Assembly (NCBI GenBank): GCA_965203905.1
Contig: CBDBDQ010000005.1
Location: 4,928,001-4,992,000, forward strand
Origin: Spirochaetia bacterium
GTDB lineage: Bacteria; Spirochaetota; Spirochaetia; SZUA-6; Bin103
Direction of reading: 5' to 3'
DNA: 64,000 bases
Shown here: piece after piece, positions 30,299 through 40,280 of the stretch
Layout: each line of letters opens with the position of its first letter
Position numbering within the stretch: position 1 is the first letter of the stretch
Position numbers and translations under genes: made by a program
Notes under the pieces: model-generated
What the model was told of the DNA's origin: nothing
Database searches by the model: none
Seen by the model: the letters and a program-made list of their open reading frames with translations, nothing else

Positions 30299-32350
30299 AT
30301 GCTTCACAGGAGATTGCTAACACTTGCGCTGATCGCCCTTGTGGCGACCGCGACGGTCTTTGGGGGCGGAGAGGCCGAACCCGAGGAGGCAGCGGCCGGT
30401 GCAGACGGTGAGGCGCAGCAAGCACTGACGGCAACGGGTGACCAGTGGCCCAACGCTGCATTCAAGACGGGGGATTTCGTGTATGCCACGCCGGCCGACT
30501 TCACGGAAGCCACCGGCCACGAGATAACCAGCTACCAGGAAGCGCCGGAATTGACGGCCAGGGTCACCTCCGGAGAGATCCCGCCAGTGGAACAGAGGCT
30601 TCCCAAAGAGCCTCTGGTGCTGGTTCCGATGGAGAAGGTAGGCCAATACGGCGGCAGCATGCGTGTGGGTTCGGTCGGCTTTACCGGGTGGACGGATTTC
30701 ACCGATGCTCGCTGGCCCGGACTGCTGAGATACAGTGCGGATACCGCCCAGGTGCTGCCCTACCTGACCAAGGGTTACGAGCTCTCGGCAGACGGCAAGA
30801 CTATCACCCTTCACTTCAGGGAGGACCACAAGTGGTCCGACGGCTCGCCGTTTACCCTTGAGGACGTACTCTTCTGGTGGGAGGACCAGATCCTGAACGA
30901 TGAGCTTACACCGACCAAACCCGGACGGTGGATGTCGGGAGGCGAGCTCGCGCAATTCGAGAAGATTGACGACACTACCCTGCGCATCCGGTTTGCGGAA
31001 TCGAATCCCGCCGCGGTCTTCACCATTGCCCACCACGGCGGTCGGCAGAACGCATTCTACCAGCCAAGCGAATATCTGAAGAACTGGCACATAGAGCACA
31101 ACTCCGAGGCCAACGCGGTAGCAAAAAAGGAAGGCTATGACAGCTGGTGGGAGGCCTTCAATTTCCACCGAACCTACGGTCCGCAGCAGACGGACACGGG
31201 GTTGCCTGTGGTTGCCGCGTGGGCACTGGATACCGTTGCTCCCACCCACAGGACTTTCGTCAGGAATCCCTACTACCTGGCGGTCGACACGGCGGGCAAC
31301 CAGCTTCCCTACATAGACAGCATCACCAGATCCTTGGTCGGTGACGCTGAGACTCTGAAATTGCAGGTGGTGGCGGGCGAATTCGACATCAACTGGAGAG
31401 AGGTCTCGGGAGACGACTATCCCTTGTTGTTGAAGAACCAGGAGAGCGCGGGCTATCGTGTTGCGCTGGTAAAATATCCCGGGCACCTCGTGTTCCTGGC
31501 CTTCAACCAGACCAGCAAGGATCCTGCCAAGCGGGAGATTTTCCAGAATGTCGCGTTTCGGCGAGCCATGTCCATGGCCATTAATCGGGACGAAATCAAC
31601 GAGATCGTTTTCGCCGGCCAGGGGGTTCCCTCGGCGGTGACACCGGACGCATCAACCAGCTTTTACAAGCAGGGGTGGGAAAGCGCGTGGGCTCAGTTCG
31701 ATCCGGATCATGCCAACCGACTTCTCGATGAGATCGGCCTGGCGGAGCGGGACGACAGCGGCTTTCGCCTGAGGCCCGACGGCGAGAAGCTCGTGGTGAT
31801 CATAGAGTACCAGGAGAGAGGACCCAGAACGCCGACGCTCGAACTCATAAAAGAATACTGGGATGCAGTCGGTGTACAGACGGAGCTGAAGCCCCTGGAG
31901 CGCACGTTCTACTTCACCCGGATCAGCGCCGCCGAGCACGACGTCGGGGTGTGGCATCTGGACGCCGCACTGGAGGGGCCGCTGCTGGCCTCAAAGAACG
32001 GCTCTATCAACTTCGCCGGCGGGATAGGCGCCGGCGTGGAGTGGATCAAGTGGCGGGACACCCAGGGACAATCCGGCGAGGAGCCTCCTGAGGAAGTAAA
32101 GGAGTGGTTCGAGGGCACCGATAAGTTCGTGGTCCTCCCGCAGGGCTCGCCCGAGTACATCGAACTGGGGCAGGAGCTGTTCGACTGGTTCATCGATCAG
32201 GTCAACCTGATCGGCACTGTCACGGACATCCGGCAACCCATAGTTCTGAACAAGGATCTGAGGAACGTCGCCCTGGACCAGGGTGTGTACACGTGGGACA
32301 GTCTGTACGTGTATTCTTACCTTCCAGAGGTGTGGTTTTTCGATAATTGA
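30299..32350 (+). CDS. ABC transporter substrate-binding protein, family 5
   Basis: GAGGAGG RBS, signal peptide, GEIPPVEQRLP, KWSDGSPFT, GNQLPYID. Confidence 0.92.
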   Translation: MLHRRLLTLALIALVATATVFGGGEAEPEEAAAGADGEAQQALTATGDQWPNAAFKTGDFVYATPADFTEATGHEITSYQEAPELTARVTSGEIPPVEQRLPKEPLVLVPMEKVGQYGGSMRVGSVGFTGWTDFTDARWPGLLRYSADTAQVLPYLTKGYELSADGKTITLHFREDHKWSDGSPFTLEDVLFWWEDQILNDELTPTKPGRWMSGGELAQFEKIDDTTLRIRFAESNPAAVFTIAHHGGRQNAFYQPSEYLKNWHIEHNSEANAVAKKEGYDSWWEAFNFHRTYGPQQTDTGLPVVAAWALDTVAPTHRTFVRNPYYLAVDTAGNQLPYIDSITRSLVGDAETLKLQVVAGEFDINWREVSGDDYPLLLKNQESAGYRVALVKYPGHLVFLAFNQTSKDPAKREIFQNVAFRRAMSMAINRDEINEIVFAGQGVPSAVTPDASTSFYKQGWESAWAQFDPDHANRLLDEIGLAERDDSGFRLRPDGEKLVVIIEYQERGPRTPTLELIKEYWDAVGVQTELKPLERTFYFTRISAAEHDVGVWHLDAALEGPLLASKNGSINFAGGIGAGVEWIKWRDTQGQSGEEPPEEVKEWFEGTDKFVVLPQGSPEYIELGQELFDWFIDQVNLIGTVTDIRQPIVLNKDLRNVALDQGVYTWDSLYVYSYLPEVWFFDN

Positions 32351-32354
32351 GCAA

Positions 32355-32384
32355 CAGGGGCCGCCCGCAAGAGGGCGGCCCCTG
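32355..32384 (+). terminator. Stem-loop after SBP
   Basis: CAGGGGCCGCCC-GCAAGA-GGGCGGCCCCTG. Confidence 0.65.
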
Positions 32385-32404
32385 CTAGCACAGGGAATCC
32401 GCGT

Positions 32405-33391
32405 TTGCTGCCCTACATCGTTCGGCGGATGAGCTATATGGTGGTTGTGCTCTTGGCCACGGCCACCGTGTCGTTCATGCTGATCGAGCTTCCTCCCGGC
32501 GACTACCTCACTTCCTACATCGTGCAGCTCCGCGAGAGCGGGAACGTTGTCTCCAAGGCGGAGATCGCCGCGCTGGAGCAGCAGTACGGTCTGAACCTGC
32601 CACTGCATCGCCGCTACCTGAAGTGGTTGGGCGACATGCTGCGAGGGAATTTTGGCAGATCCTTCGAATGGAACAGACCCGTGGGCGAGCTACTTGTCGA
32701 GCGCTTGCCCCTGACGATCATCATCTCCAGCTTCTCGATGGTATTCATCTACGGGGTAGGCGTGCCCATAGGCATGTATTCGGCCCTCCACCAGTATTCC
32801 GTTCGTGACTATGCATTCACCTTTCTCGGTGTCATCGGCCTCGCCACGCCGAACTTTCTTCTGGCCTTGATTCTGATGTTCGGCTTCTATTCCTGGTTCG
32901 GCTGGAGTCCGGGAGGCCTCTTCTCTCCTGAGTACGAGGTCGCCGCCTGGAGCATCGCCAAGTTTCTGGACATGCTGAAACACCTGCCCGTGCCCGTCAT
33001 TGTTATCGGTACGGCCGGCACCGCGGGAGTGATCCGGGTCATGCGGGGCGTCTTGCTGGACGAGCTGACAAAGCAATACGTCATTACTGCACGCGCCAAA
33101 GGGGTCGTCGAAAGAAAACTGCTGTTCAAGTATCCCGTGCGGGTTTCGATCAACCCCATCGTGAGCACCATAGGTTGGGTGCTGCCTGCCGTTGTCTCGG
33201 GGTCCACCATTACCGCGATCGTGCTGAGTCTGCCCACCACCGGGGCCTTGCTGTTTGGCGCTCTGATGAGCCAGGACAGCTATCTGGCGGGAAGCGCCGT
33301 GCTGTTTCTGAGCGTTCTGACGGTCCTCGGCACGTTCATCTCCGATATGCTGTTGCTGTGGCTTGATCCGCGGATTCGCTATGAAAAATAG
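32405..33391 (+). CDS. Opp/Dpp-type ABC permease (OppB-like)
   Basis: IELPPGDY, ATPNFLLAL, YVITARAKG. Confidence 0.92.
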   Translation: MLPYIVRRMSYMVVVLLATATVSFMLIELPPGDYLTSYIVQLRESGNVVSKAEIAALEQQYGLNLPLHRRYLKWLGDMLRGNFGRSFEWNRPVGELLVERLPLTIIISSFSMVFIYGVGVPIGMYSALHQYSVRDYAFTFLGVIGLATPNFLLALILMFGFYSWFGWSPGGLFSPEYEVAAWSIAKFLDMLKHLPVPVIVIGTAGTAGVIRVMRGVLLDELTKQYVITARAKGVVERKLLFKYPVRVSINPIVSTIGWVLPAVVSGSTITAIVLSLPTTGALLFGALMSQDSYLAGSAVLFLSVLTVLGTFISDMLLLWLDPRIRYEK

Positions 33392-34514
33392 GCGAAGCAG
33401 CATGCCGGAAGGACGCGGCATCAGCGCCGAGGAGAGGTACTACATAGCGTCTCAGTGGCAGCTTGTGTGGCGGAAGTTCAGGAAGCATAAGCTGGCCGTT
33501 ACTGGTGGCGTGGTGCTCTTCATCTTCTACCTGCTGGCGGCCTTTGCCGAGTTTGTGGCTCCCTACGGCCCGCTGGATCGCACGGACTACCGGTATCATC
33601 CGCCCCAGAGGATTCGGCTGGTCGACGCGGCAGGCCGGTTCCATTTCGGCTTCTTCGTGTACGGCATCGAAAAGACGCGCAATGCGGAGACCTGGAGCTG
33701 GGAGTTCGCCGAAGACAACAGCAAGCGCTACGCGATTTCTTTCTTCGTGCGTGGCCGCCCGTACCGGCTCTGGGGCCTGTTCGAGACGAATCTCCATCTG
33801 TTCGGCCTGCAGGATCCCGCAGCGCCCTTGCTGCTGTTTGGCACCGACCGGTTGGGCAGAGACTTGTTCTCCCGGATCATTTACGGTACCCGCGTTTCCT
33901 TGAGCATCGGCCTGGTAGGCGTGGCAATCGCCTTCGCTCTGGGCTGCATACTGGGCGGCGTGTCGGGATACTTCGGCGGCACCATCGACGTCATCATCCA
34001 AAGGGTTATCGAGTTCTTCCTATCGCTGCCATATATTCCGCTGTGGATGGCCCTCGCCGCTGCCGTTCCCGCGGATTGGCCGATTATCAGGACCTACTTC
34101 GCCATTACGATAATTGTCTCGTTCATGGGCTGGTGCCAGCTCGCAAGGGTGGTGCGGGGCAAGCTCATCAGCGTGCGCGAAGAGGACTACATCCTGGCGG
34201 CTGGAATCGCCGGCGCCAAGGACCGGGTGATCATCATCAAGCATCTTCTGCCGTCGTTCTTGAGCTATCTGATCGTGAGCCTGACGCTGTCCATACCCAA
34301 CATGATCATTGGCGAGACGGCTCTGAGCTTTCTCGGCCTTGGAATCCGTCCCCCGGCCATCAGCTGGGGCGCGCTGCTCAAAGGAGCGCAGCAAGTGAAC
34401 GTCGTAGCTCTCTACCCCTGGCTTCTCATGCCGGGCCTGTTCGTCATCACTGCCGTCATCGCTTTCAGCTTTCTGGGAGACGGACTGCGCGACGCATCCG
34501 ATCCGTACAAGTAG
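33381..34514 (+). CDS. Opp/Dpp-type ABC permease (OppC-like)
   Basis: FGTDRLGRDLFSR, ETALSFLGLG, GDGLRDASDPYK. Confidence 0.92.
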   Translation: MKNRRSSMPEGRGISAEERYYIASQWQLVWRKFRKHKLAVTGGVVLFIFYLLAAFAEFVAPYGPLDRTDYRYHPPQRIRLVDAAGRFHFGFFVYGIEKTRNAETWSWEFAEDNSKRYAISFFVRGRPYRLWGLFETNLHLFGLQDPAAPLLLFGTDRLGRDLFSRIIYGTRVSLSIGLVGVAIAFALGCILGGVSGYFGGTIDVIIQRVIEFFLSLPYIPLWMALAAAVPADWPIIRTYFAITIIVSFMGWCQLARVVRGKLISVREEDYILAAGIAGAKDRVIIIKHLLPSFLSYLIVSLTLSIPNMIIGETALSFLGLGIRPPAISWGALLKGAQQVNVVALYPWLLMPGLFVITAVIAFSFLGDGLRDASDPYK

Positions 34515-34536
34515 CAGCGGGTACAATGGTTCGAGT

Positions 34537-36012
34537 ATGAATTGCCGAATTGCCGTCATCACGGACATCCACTACTGCGTCACGCCGCCGATCATCACGG
34601 CCCGACAAGGCCAGTGGGGTGCGCTGCTGCTGCGCCGCACGATCGAGCGGTTGAACCGTTATGTCAAGCCGGATGTCACCGTCGTCCTGGGCGATCTGCT
34701 AGATGACCCGCACGCTGCCGACGCGTCGGCTCTGCTGGTGGCACTGCGTGACCTCCTGGAGCGACTCGACTGCCCATGGCTGGCGCTGCCCGGCAATCAC
34801 GATCCGAGTCCGGCCGTATTCTACGACGTCTTCGAGCGCGTCGAGCATCTGGATGTCAACAATGTGCGCCTGGCGAGCTTCGTGGATGCCGAGGAACCGG
34901 GCTACAACGCGTCGCGGAGCGCGGCGGACCTGAACCGGATGGCCGCCGTGGCCCACGGCCATCGCGGGCCGCTGGTGGCGCTGCAGCACGTGCCCGTCGA
35001 CGAACCCGGCGGCGAGGCCAGCTACGGCTACACCAACTGCGCCGAAGTCACCGCCGCGATGCGCGCCCATGGGTACACGCTGGCAGTGGGCGGTCACTAT
35101 CACCCCGGTGTCGGGCTGCGGCAGCAGGACGGGGTGACGACGCTGGTCGTGCCGGCGCTGTGTGAGGCGCCGTTCTCGTTCGCCGTTGTGACGATTGACG
35201 ATGACGACATCGGCGTCGAAGTGCTGGAGCATCGGCTGCAGGGTTCGCTGGCATTGCACGACTACCACTCGCATACCCAGTTTGCCTACTGCGGCGAAGA
35301 TGTAGACATGGCGCAGAGTGCGGGTTTCGCGGCGATGATCGGGCTCCAGCAGTTGGCGTTCACCGAACACAGCGGCCAGCTCTACTTCGACAGCCCGACG
35401 TACTGGAGCGGCAGGATCGGAGAGAGCGGCATCGACGGCAGGACCGGGCGGGCAGAGCGGATGGCCGACTACTGGCAAGCCGCCGCCGAGCATCGCAGCG
35501 ACTCCGTGTTGGTCGGGCTCGAGGTCGACGCCGACTTCGCCGGTAACCCGGTGGCCGCGCCTGCCGACCTGGAGCGGGCCGATATCGTCGTCGGCGCCGT
35601 TCACTGGCTGCCGGAGTTGCGAACCCCCGTACCTGACACCGCGCGTGCGGCCGACGAGTTCCTCCGCATCGTAGATCGGCTCTGCCGCCACGGCATCGAC
35701 GTGCTGGCACATCCTTTCCGCGTCTTCCGGCGCGCGGGCATTGCGGTGCCGACGTCGCTGTTCGCCCCCACGGTGGCGCTGTTGCGGGAGCACGGGGTGG
35801 CAGCGGAGATCAACTTCCACACCAACGAGCCGCCACCATCGTTCTTCGCCGACTGCATCAGGGCGGGCGTTCGCATCAGCTTTGGGAGTGACGCCCATGC
35901 GCTGTACGAGATCGGGGAGTTCCACCCCCACCTGGCGCTGCTTGCCGACATCGGCTTCGACGGCGATTTGACCGACATTCTGCTGCCCAAAGTGTCGATC
36001 CCCGGTTGCTGA
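34537..36012 (+). CDS. Metallophosphoesterase (calcineurin-like) + PHP domain fusion protein
   Basis: N-terminal DIH, LGD, GNHD, GHYH; C-terminal DYHSHT, FTEH, GLEVD, AHP, FGSDAH. Confidence 0.85.
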   Translation: MNCRIAVITDIHYCVTPPIITARQGQWGALLLRRTIERLNRYVKPDVTVVLGDLLDDPHAADASALLVALRDLLERLDCPWLALPGNHDPSPAVFYDVFERVEHLDVNNVRLASFVDAEEPGYNASRSAADLNRMAAVAHGHRGPLVALQHVPVDEPGGEASYGYTNCAEVTAAMRAHGYTLAVGGHYHPGVGLRQQDGVTTLVVPALCEAPFSFAVVTIDDDDIGVEVLEHRLQGSLALHDYHSHTQFAYCGEDVDMAQSAGFAAMIGLQQLAFTEHSGQLYFDSPTYWSGRIGESGIDGRTGRAERMADYWQAAAEHRSDSVLVGLEVDADFAGNPVAAPADLERADIVVGAVHWLPELRTPVPDTARAADEFLRIVDRLCRHGIDVLAHPFRVFRRAGIAVPTSLFAPTVALLREHGVAAEINFHTNEPPPSFFADCIRAGVRISFGSDAHALYEIGEFHPHLALLADIGFDGDLTDILLPKVSIPGC

Positions 36013-36134
36013 CGAACCCAAAATGCGGACATGACTACTTCAGTTTCCTGTCGTCTTTAGCAAGCCGGCTGTTCGAGAACTTGAACTTCTGGCCCTGCGC
36101 CCTCGTGATGTAAAGTCGCAGAGGGCCTTAGCGG

Positions 36135-38804
36135 ATGACAAACACGAATTTGCCTGGCAATCAGATCAGCGTAGACAGATCACCGACCGATTTCCAGCCG
36201 GGCGACAGCCTGCTCGTGGCGATGCTGCGCGCGGGCCTTCACCCGACGGGCGGCGGTTGCCTTTGCCTGGCCGGTGACTGCCCGCACTGCATAGCCACGG
36301 TGGACGGCGTGGGCTACACGCGCACGTGCCAGGTCGCGGCCAAGCGCGGCGTGGTGGTGGAGCGCCATCACGCGCAAGGCGGTCGTCCGCCCTTGATTGA
36401 CCCTGAGCAGCGCGAATCGCACGTCGACGCACGGCACATTCACTGCGATGTTGTGGTGATCGGGGGAGGCGATGCAGGTAGGGAGGAGGTGGATCGTGCC
36501 GGGGCCGCCGGCAAGGATGTCGTGACGCTGGATGCACGCGACGGCCGGGAGGTCGCGGGGATCTATCATGGACCGCTGGTCGTCGCGAGGAGCGGGGGAG
36601 GAACGCTCTGCGTCCATCCGCGCGAAGCGATCGTGGTCGCGACCGGCGCGGCCGAGATCCAACCGGTGGCGCCGGGCGCCGAGCTGGCGGGGCTGGTGAC
36701 GGCCCGTGCAGTACGCGCTCTGGCGGAGGCGGGGATCGACCTGGGGCGGGTCGTCGCGGTGGGGATGCCGCCCGAAGGGGTGGACGCCGAGCGAGTCGAA
36801 GGACGCGTCGTTCGCTTCGAAGGCGCAGGGCGTGTAGAGGCCGTGGTGGTCGCCGCGCCCGACGAGAGCGAAACTCGTCACGCGTGCGACACGGTCTCGC
36901 TGGGTCTGGGCTTTCAGCCGCGAGACGCACTGGCGAGGATGGGCCGCGGCCTGCCGGTCCGAGTGGTCGGCGCGGCAGCCGGTGCGTCGGACATCCCGCC
37001 GTGCCCGCGGGAAGGAACGGTCTGCCCATGCTCTGGTGTGACCGTGGCCGACCTGGAGCACGTCTGGGCACGAGGGTTCCACGAGCTGGAGATGGTCAAG
37101 CGGGCGACACTCGCCGGGACCGGGACGTGTCAGGGCTCGGCCTGTCTGCCTCACGTGCGCAGCTTCCTGGCCGAGAAGGGCCGCGAGCTTCAGCCGCCGT
37201 TCACGGCGCGCCCGCTCACGCGACAGCTCACGGTCGGCGAGATCGCGGCCGGTGCCTGTCACCACTCAACGCCGCGCACGCCGCTGCACGACGAGCACCT
37301 CCGTCTCGGTGCGCGGATGGACCGGACAGGAGGGTGGTGGCGTCCCTGGACCTACGGCGATTCGATTGCCGAGTATCGGGCCGTGCGCGAGGCGGTCTCG
37401 GTTATGGATGTGAGTACGCTGGGAAAATTTCTCGTATCCGGGCCGGACACGCTCCCGTTCCTGGAGTTGCTGTATCCGACGAAAGTCTCGACGCTTCGCC
37501 CCGGTCGCTCCCGATATGTGCTGCTGCTGGACGAGCGCGGCTACGTCCTGGACGACGGCCTGATCTGCAGAGAGGGCGATGACCGGTTCTATCTTACGCT
37601 GACGAGCGCCGGATCCACGTTCGGCGAGATGTGGATCCGCGACTGGGCGGAGTCCGGGGGCTTCGACGTCCACCTGTTGAACCAGACCCAGTCGCTGGGC
37701 GCCATCAACGTGACCGGTCCGCGGGCGGCGGAGCTGCTGGCGAAGACCCGCGTGGAGAAGCTGCCCGGGTTCGCGCGCCACGGCGTCGGCGAAGTGGCAG
37801 GCGTGACCTGCCGGATCCTGCGCCTGAGCTTCACCGGAGAGCTGTCGTACGAGCTCCACCACGCGGCCGGCGATTCGGTCCACCTCTGGCGGACGCTGCT
37901 CGAGCACGGCGAGGATATGGGCATCCATCCTCACGGGATGGATGCCCTGCTTCAGCTTCGGCTGGAGAAGGGGCACATCGTCGTCGGTCAGGACACGGAC
38001 TTCGATTCTACGCCGCGCCGGATCCACCACGAGTGGGCGGTGAAGCTGGACAAGCGGGAGTTCCTCGGCCGCCAGGCGCTCGTACGCACCGGCAAGGTGC
38101 CTCTGGACCGCCGGCTGGTCGGTCTGGAGATGGACCTGCCGGCGCCGATGGAGGGTGCGGTCCTCTGGAACGGGCAGGACTACGCAGGCTACGTGACCTC
38201 GAGCGGCACCTCGCACAGCCTCGGCAAGACGGTGATGCTGGCCTGGCTGTGGCTGACGAACGGGAAGCTCCCGGAGACTGTCACGATTGAGGGCCGGACG
38301 GCGCGCCTGGCCGAGCTGCCGTTCTACGATTCGGAAAACGAGCGGTCGCGGGTCAAGGTTGCACTCGACGTCACCAGGTCTGTGGACGGAATCTCGGCGA
38401 AGGCAGGGGATGACCAGGACCTGGGACGGTTCGAGCGGCTCGAGGCGACCCGAATCGTGGCGTCGCCTGAGACGCTGGATCGGTTGAGCCTGCCGGCCGG
38501 AGCCTTCGCCCTGAGGACCGCCCCCGACGAGCTTCTTGTCGAAGGTGAGATGCCGCACGACGCTCTGGACGACAACCACGCGATCGTTGAGCGTGAGACA
38601 AGCTTCGCATCGGCCTGGGTGGAGAGGGAGGAGGCGACACGGTTTCTGCAGCGGGCGTGTCCGTGGGCGCTGCCGACCGAGCGTCCGGCCTTCGCCCAGG
38701 GATCGGTGGCCGAGATTCCGGTCAAGCTGTGGTTCGAGGAGGCGACCGTGCGGTTCGTCGTGCCGGCCGCGTATGCCGCCGACCTCGAGGAGCAGATGAC
38801 GTGA
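36135..38804 (+). CDS. soxA: Sarcosine oxidase alpha-like subunit (Fe-S, FAD/NAD remnant, BFD-like, GcvT) with fused gamma-like C-terminal domain
   Basis: CLCLAGDCPHC, VCPCSGV, KRATLAGTGTCQG, DVSTLGK, DDG, SFTGELSYE, LRLEKG; C-terminal ALRTAPDELL..FAQG. Confidence 0.75.
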   Translation: MTNTNLPGNQISVDRSPTDFQPGDSLLVAMLRAGLHPTGGGCLCLAGDCPHCIATVDGVGYTRTCQVAAKRGVVVERHHAQGGRPPLIDPEQRESHVDARHIHCDVVVIGGGDAGREEVDRAGAAGKDVVTLDARDGREVAGIYHGPLVVARSGGGTLCVHPREAIVVATGAAEIQPVAPGAELAGLVTARAVRALAEAGIDLGRVVAVGMPPEGVDAERVEGRVVRFEGAGRVEAVVVAAPDESETRHACDTVSLGLGFQPRDALARMGRGLPVRVVGAAAGASDIPPCPREGTVCPCSGVTVADLEHVWARGFHELEMVKRATLAGTGTCQGSACLPHVRSFLAEKGRELQPPFTARPLTRQLTVGEIAAGACHHSTPRTPLHDEHLRLGARMDRTGGWWRPWTYGDSIAEYRAVREAVSVMDVSTLGKFLVSGPDTLPFLELLYPTKVSTLRPGRSRYVLLLDERGYVLDDGLICREGDDRFYLTLTSAGSTFGEMWIRDWAESGGFDVHLLNQTQSLGAINVTGPRAAELLAKTRVEKLPGFARHGVGEVAGVTCRILRLSFTGELSYELHHAAGDSVHLWRTLLEHGEDMGIHPHGMDALLQLRLEKGHIVVGQDTDFDSTPRRIHHEWAVKLDKREFLGRQALVRTGKVPLDRRLVGLEMDLPAPMEGAVLWNGQDYAGYVTSSGTSHSLGKTVMLAWLWLTNGKLPETVTIEGRTARLAELPFYDSENERSRVKVALDVTRSVDGISAKAGDDQDLGRFERLEATRIVASPETLDRLSLPAGAFALRTAPDELLVEGEMPHDALDDNHAIVERETSFASAWVEREEATRFLQRACPWALPTERPAFAQGSVAEIPVKLWFEEATVRFVVPAAYAADLEEQMT

Positions 38805-40009
38805 ACGAATTTGTAGAGCGCCGCATTTCACTGCGCTGGGGAGATCCGAAGCGCGCCTACGACGTCGTGATCGTGGGCGGCGGCGGTCACGGCCTGGCGA
38901 CCGCATACTACCTGGCGACGCGTCACGGGATCCACAACGTGGCAGTGCTCGAGCGCGGCTACATCGGGAGCGGCAACTCGGGCCGCAACACGACCGTGAT
39001 CCGGTCCAACTACGGGATTCCGGAAGCGGTCCGCTTTTACCAGCACAGCCTGGATCTCTACCAGTCCCTGGAAGAGGAAACCGAGCGCTGGGTGATGCAT
39101 CAGCAGAAAGGGATGCTTTGGCTCGCTCACAGCGAGATGGGAGTTCGGGCGGAGCGCGCACGCGCCGAGGTGAACACGGCCTTCGGCGCCAAGACCGATT
39201 TTGTCGAACCTGAGCAGATTCGCGAGATCTGCCCACAGCTCGACATGAGCGGCGGAGGCGTCTGGCCGATCCTGGGCGCGAGCTATCACGCCGCAGCGGC
39301 GACCGCCCGGCACGACCGGGTCGTGTGGGCCTACGCCGAAGGGGCGATGGCACGCGGGGTCGACGTCATTCAGCGCACGCCGGCCACAGGGCTGCTCACG
39401 GACGGGGATCGAGTCGTCGGCGTGGAGACGCCGAACGGGTCGATCTCTGCCGGCCTGGTCGTCTCCGCGGTCGGGGGCCACGTAACGACACTCGCCTCGA
39501 TGGCCGGTCTGCGGCTGCCGATCCGCACGCATCCGCTGCAGGCCTTCGTCACGAACCATTATCGGAACGAGTTTCACCCGATCGTGTTGTCGGCGGACCT
39601 CCTCTTCTACGTGTCGCAGACCGCCCGGGGCGAGATGCTCCTGGGGGCCGAGATCGACCGCCAGCCGAGCTACTCCTACCGCGCTGGACATCCGTTCATA
39701 CAGTCGCTTGCGCAGCGGGCGATGACGCTCCTGCCCTTTCTGGGCAACCTGAAGGTGCTGCGCCAATGGGCAGGGGTCTGCGACATGAGCCCGGACTATT
39801 CGCCCATCATGGGCAAAACAGGCATGGATGGCTTCTATCTCACGACCGGCTGGGGCACGTGGGGCTTCAAGGCGATCCCGGCCGGCGGGGAACAGATGGC
39901 GAGACTGATCGGAGAGGGAGAGACGCCAGAGTTGATGGCGCCCTTCTCGCTCGACCGGTTTGCGCGCGATCGTACGATGGCCGATCGCGGGTCCGCTGGC
40001 ACACACTAA
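38801..40009 (+). CDS. soxB: Sarcosine oxidase beta-like subunit (FAD-dependent oxidoreductase)
   Basis: YDVVIVGGGGHGLATAYYLA, GNSGRNT, DMSPDYSPI, GWGTWGFKA. Confidence 0.88.
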   Translation: MNEFVERRISLRWGDPKRAYDVVIVGGGGHGLATAYYLATRHGIHNVAVLERGYIGSGNSGRNTTVIRSNYGIPEAVRFYQHSLDLYQSLEEETERWVMHQQKGMLWLAHSEMGVRAERARAEVNTAFGAKTDFVEPEQIREICPQLDMSGGGVWPILGASYHAAAATARHDRVVWAYAEGAMARGVDVIQRTPATGLLTDGDRVVGVETPNGSISAGLVVSAVGGHVTTLASMAGLRLPIRTHPLQAFVTNHYRNEFHPIVLSADLLFYVSQTARGEMLLGAEIDRQPSYSYRAGHPFIQSLAQRAMTLLPFLGNLKVLRQWAGVCDMSPDYSPIMGKTGMDGFYLTTGWGTWGFKAIPAGGEQMARLIGEGETPELMAPFSLDRFARDRTMADRGSAGTH

Positions 40010-40018
40010 GAGTTTGAT

Positions 40019-40261
40019 ATGAGCCTGCAAATCGAGTGTCCTCATTGCGGCCGAAGGCCTGTCGAGGAGTTCTCCTACGGGGAGATCCCAACCGTACCTG
40101 ACAGCGTGACGGGCGAGGATGCGCGTGACCTGGACCGGGCCTTTATGCTCGACAACCCGGAAGGGCCCTCTACAGAGCGCTGGTTCCACGCCTTCGGCTG
40201 CCGCAGGTGGCTCACCGTGACGAGGGACACGCGGACGGACGAGATTTTGGGCTATGAGTAA
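40019..40261 (+). CDS. soxD: Sarcosine oxidase delta subunit
   Basis: CPHCGRR..EF, ERWFHAFGCRRW..RDT. Confidence 0.88.
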   Translation: MSLQIECPHCGRRPVEEFSYGEIPTVPDSVTGEDARDLDRAFMLDNPEGPSTERWFHAFGCRRWLTVTRDTRTDEILGYE

Positions 40262-40280
40262 GAGACGTGAGGAGGTCGCC

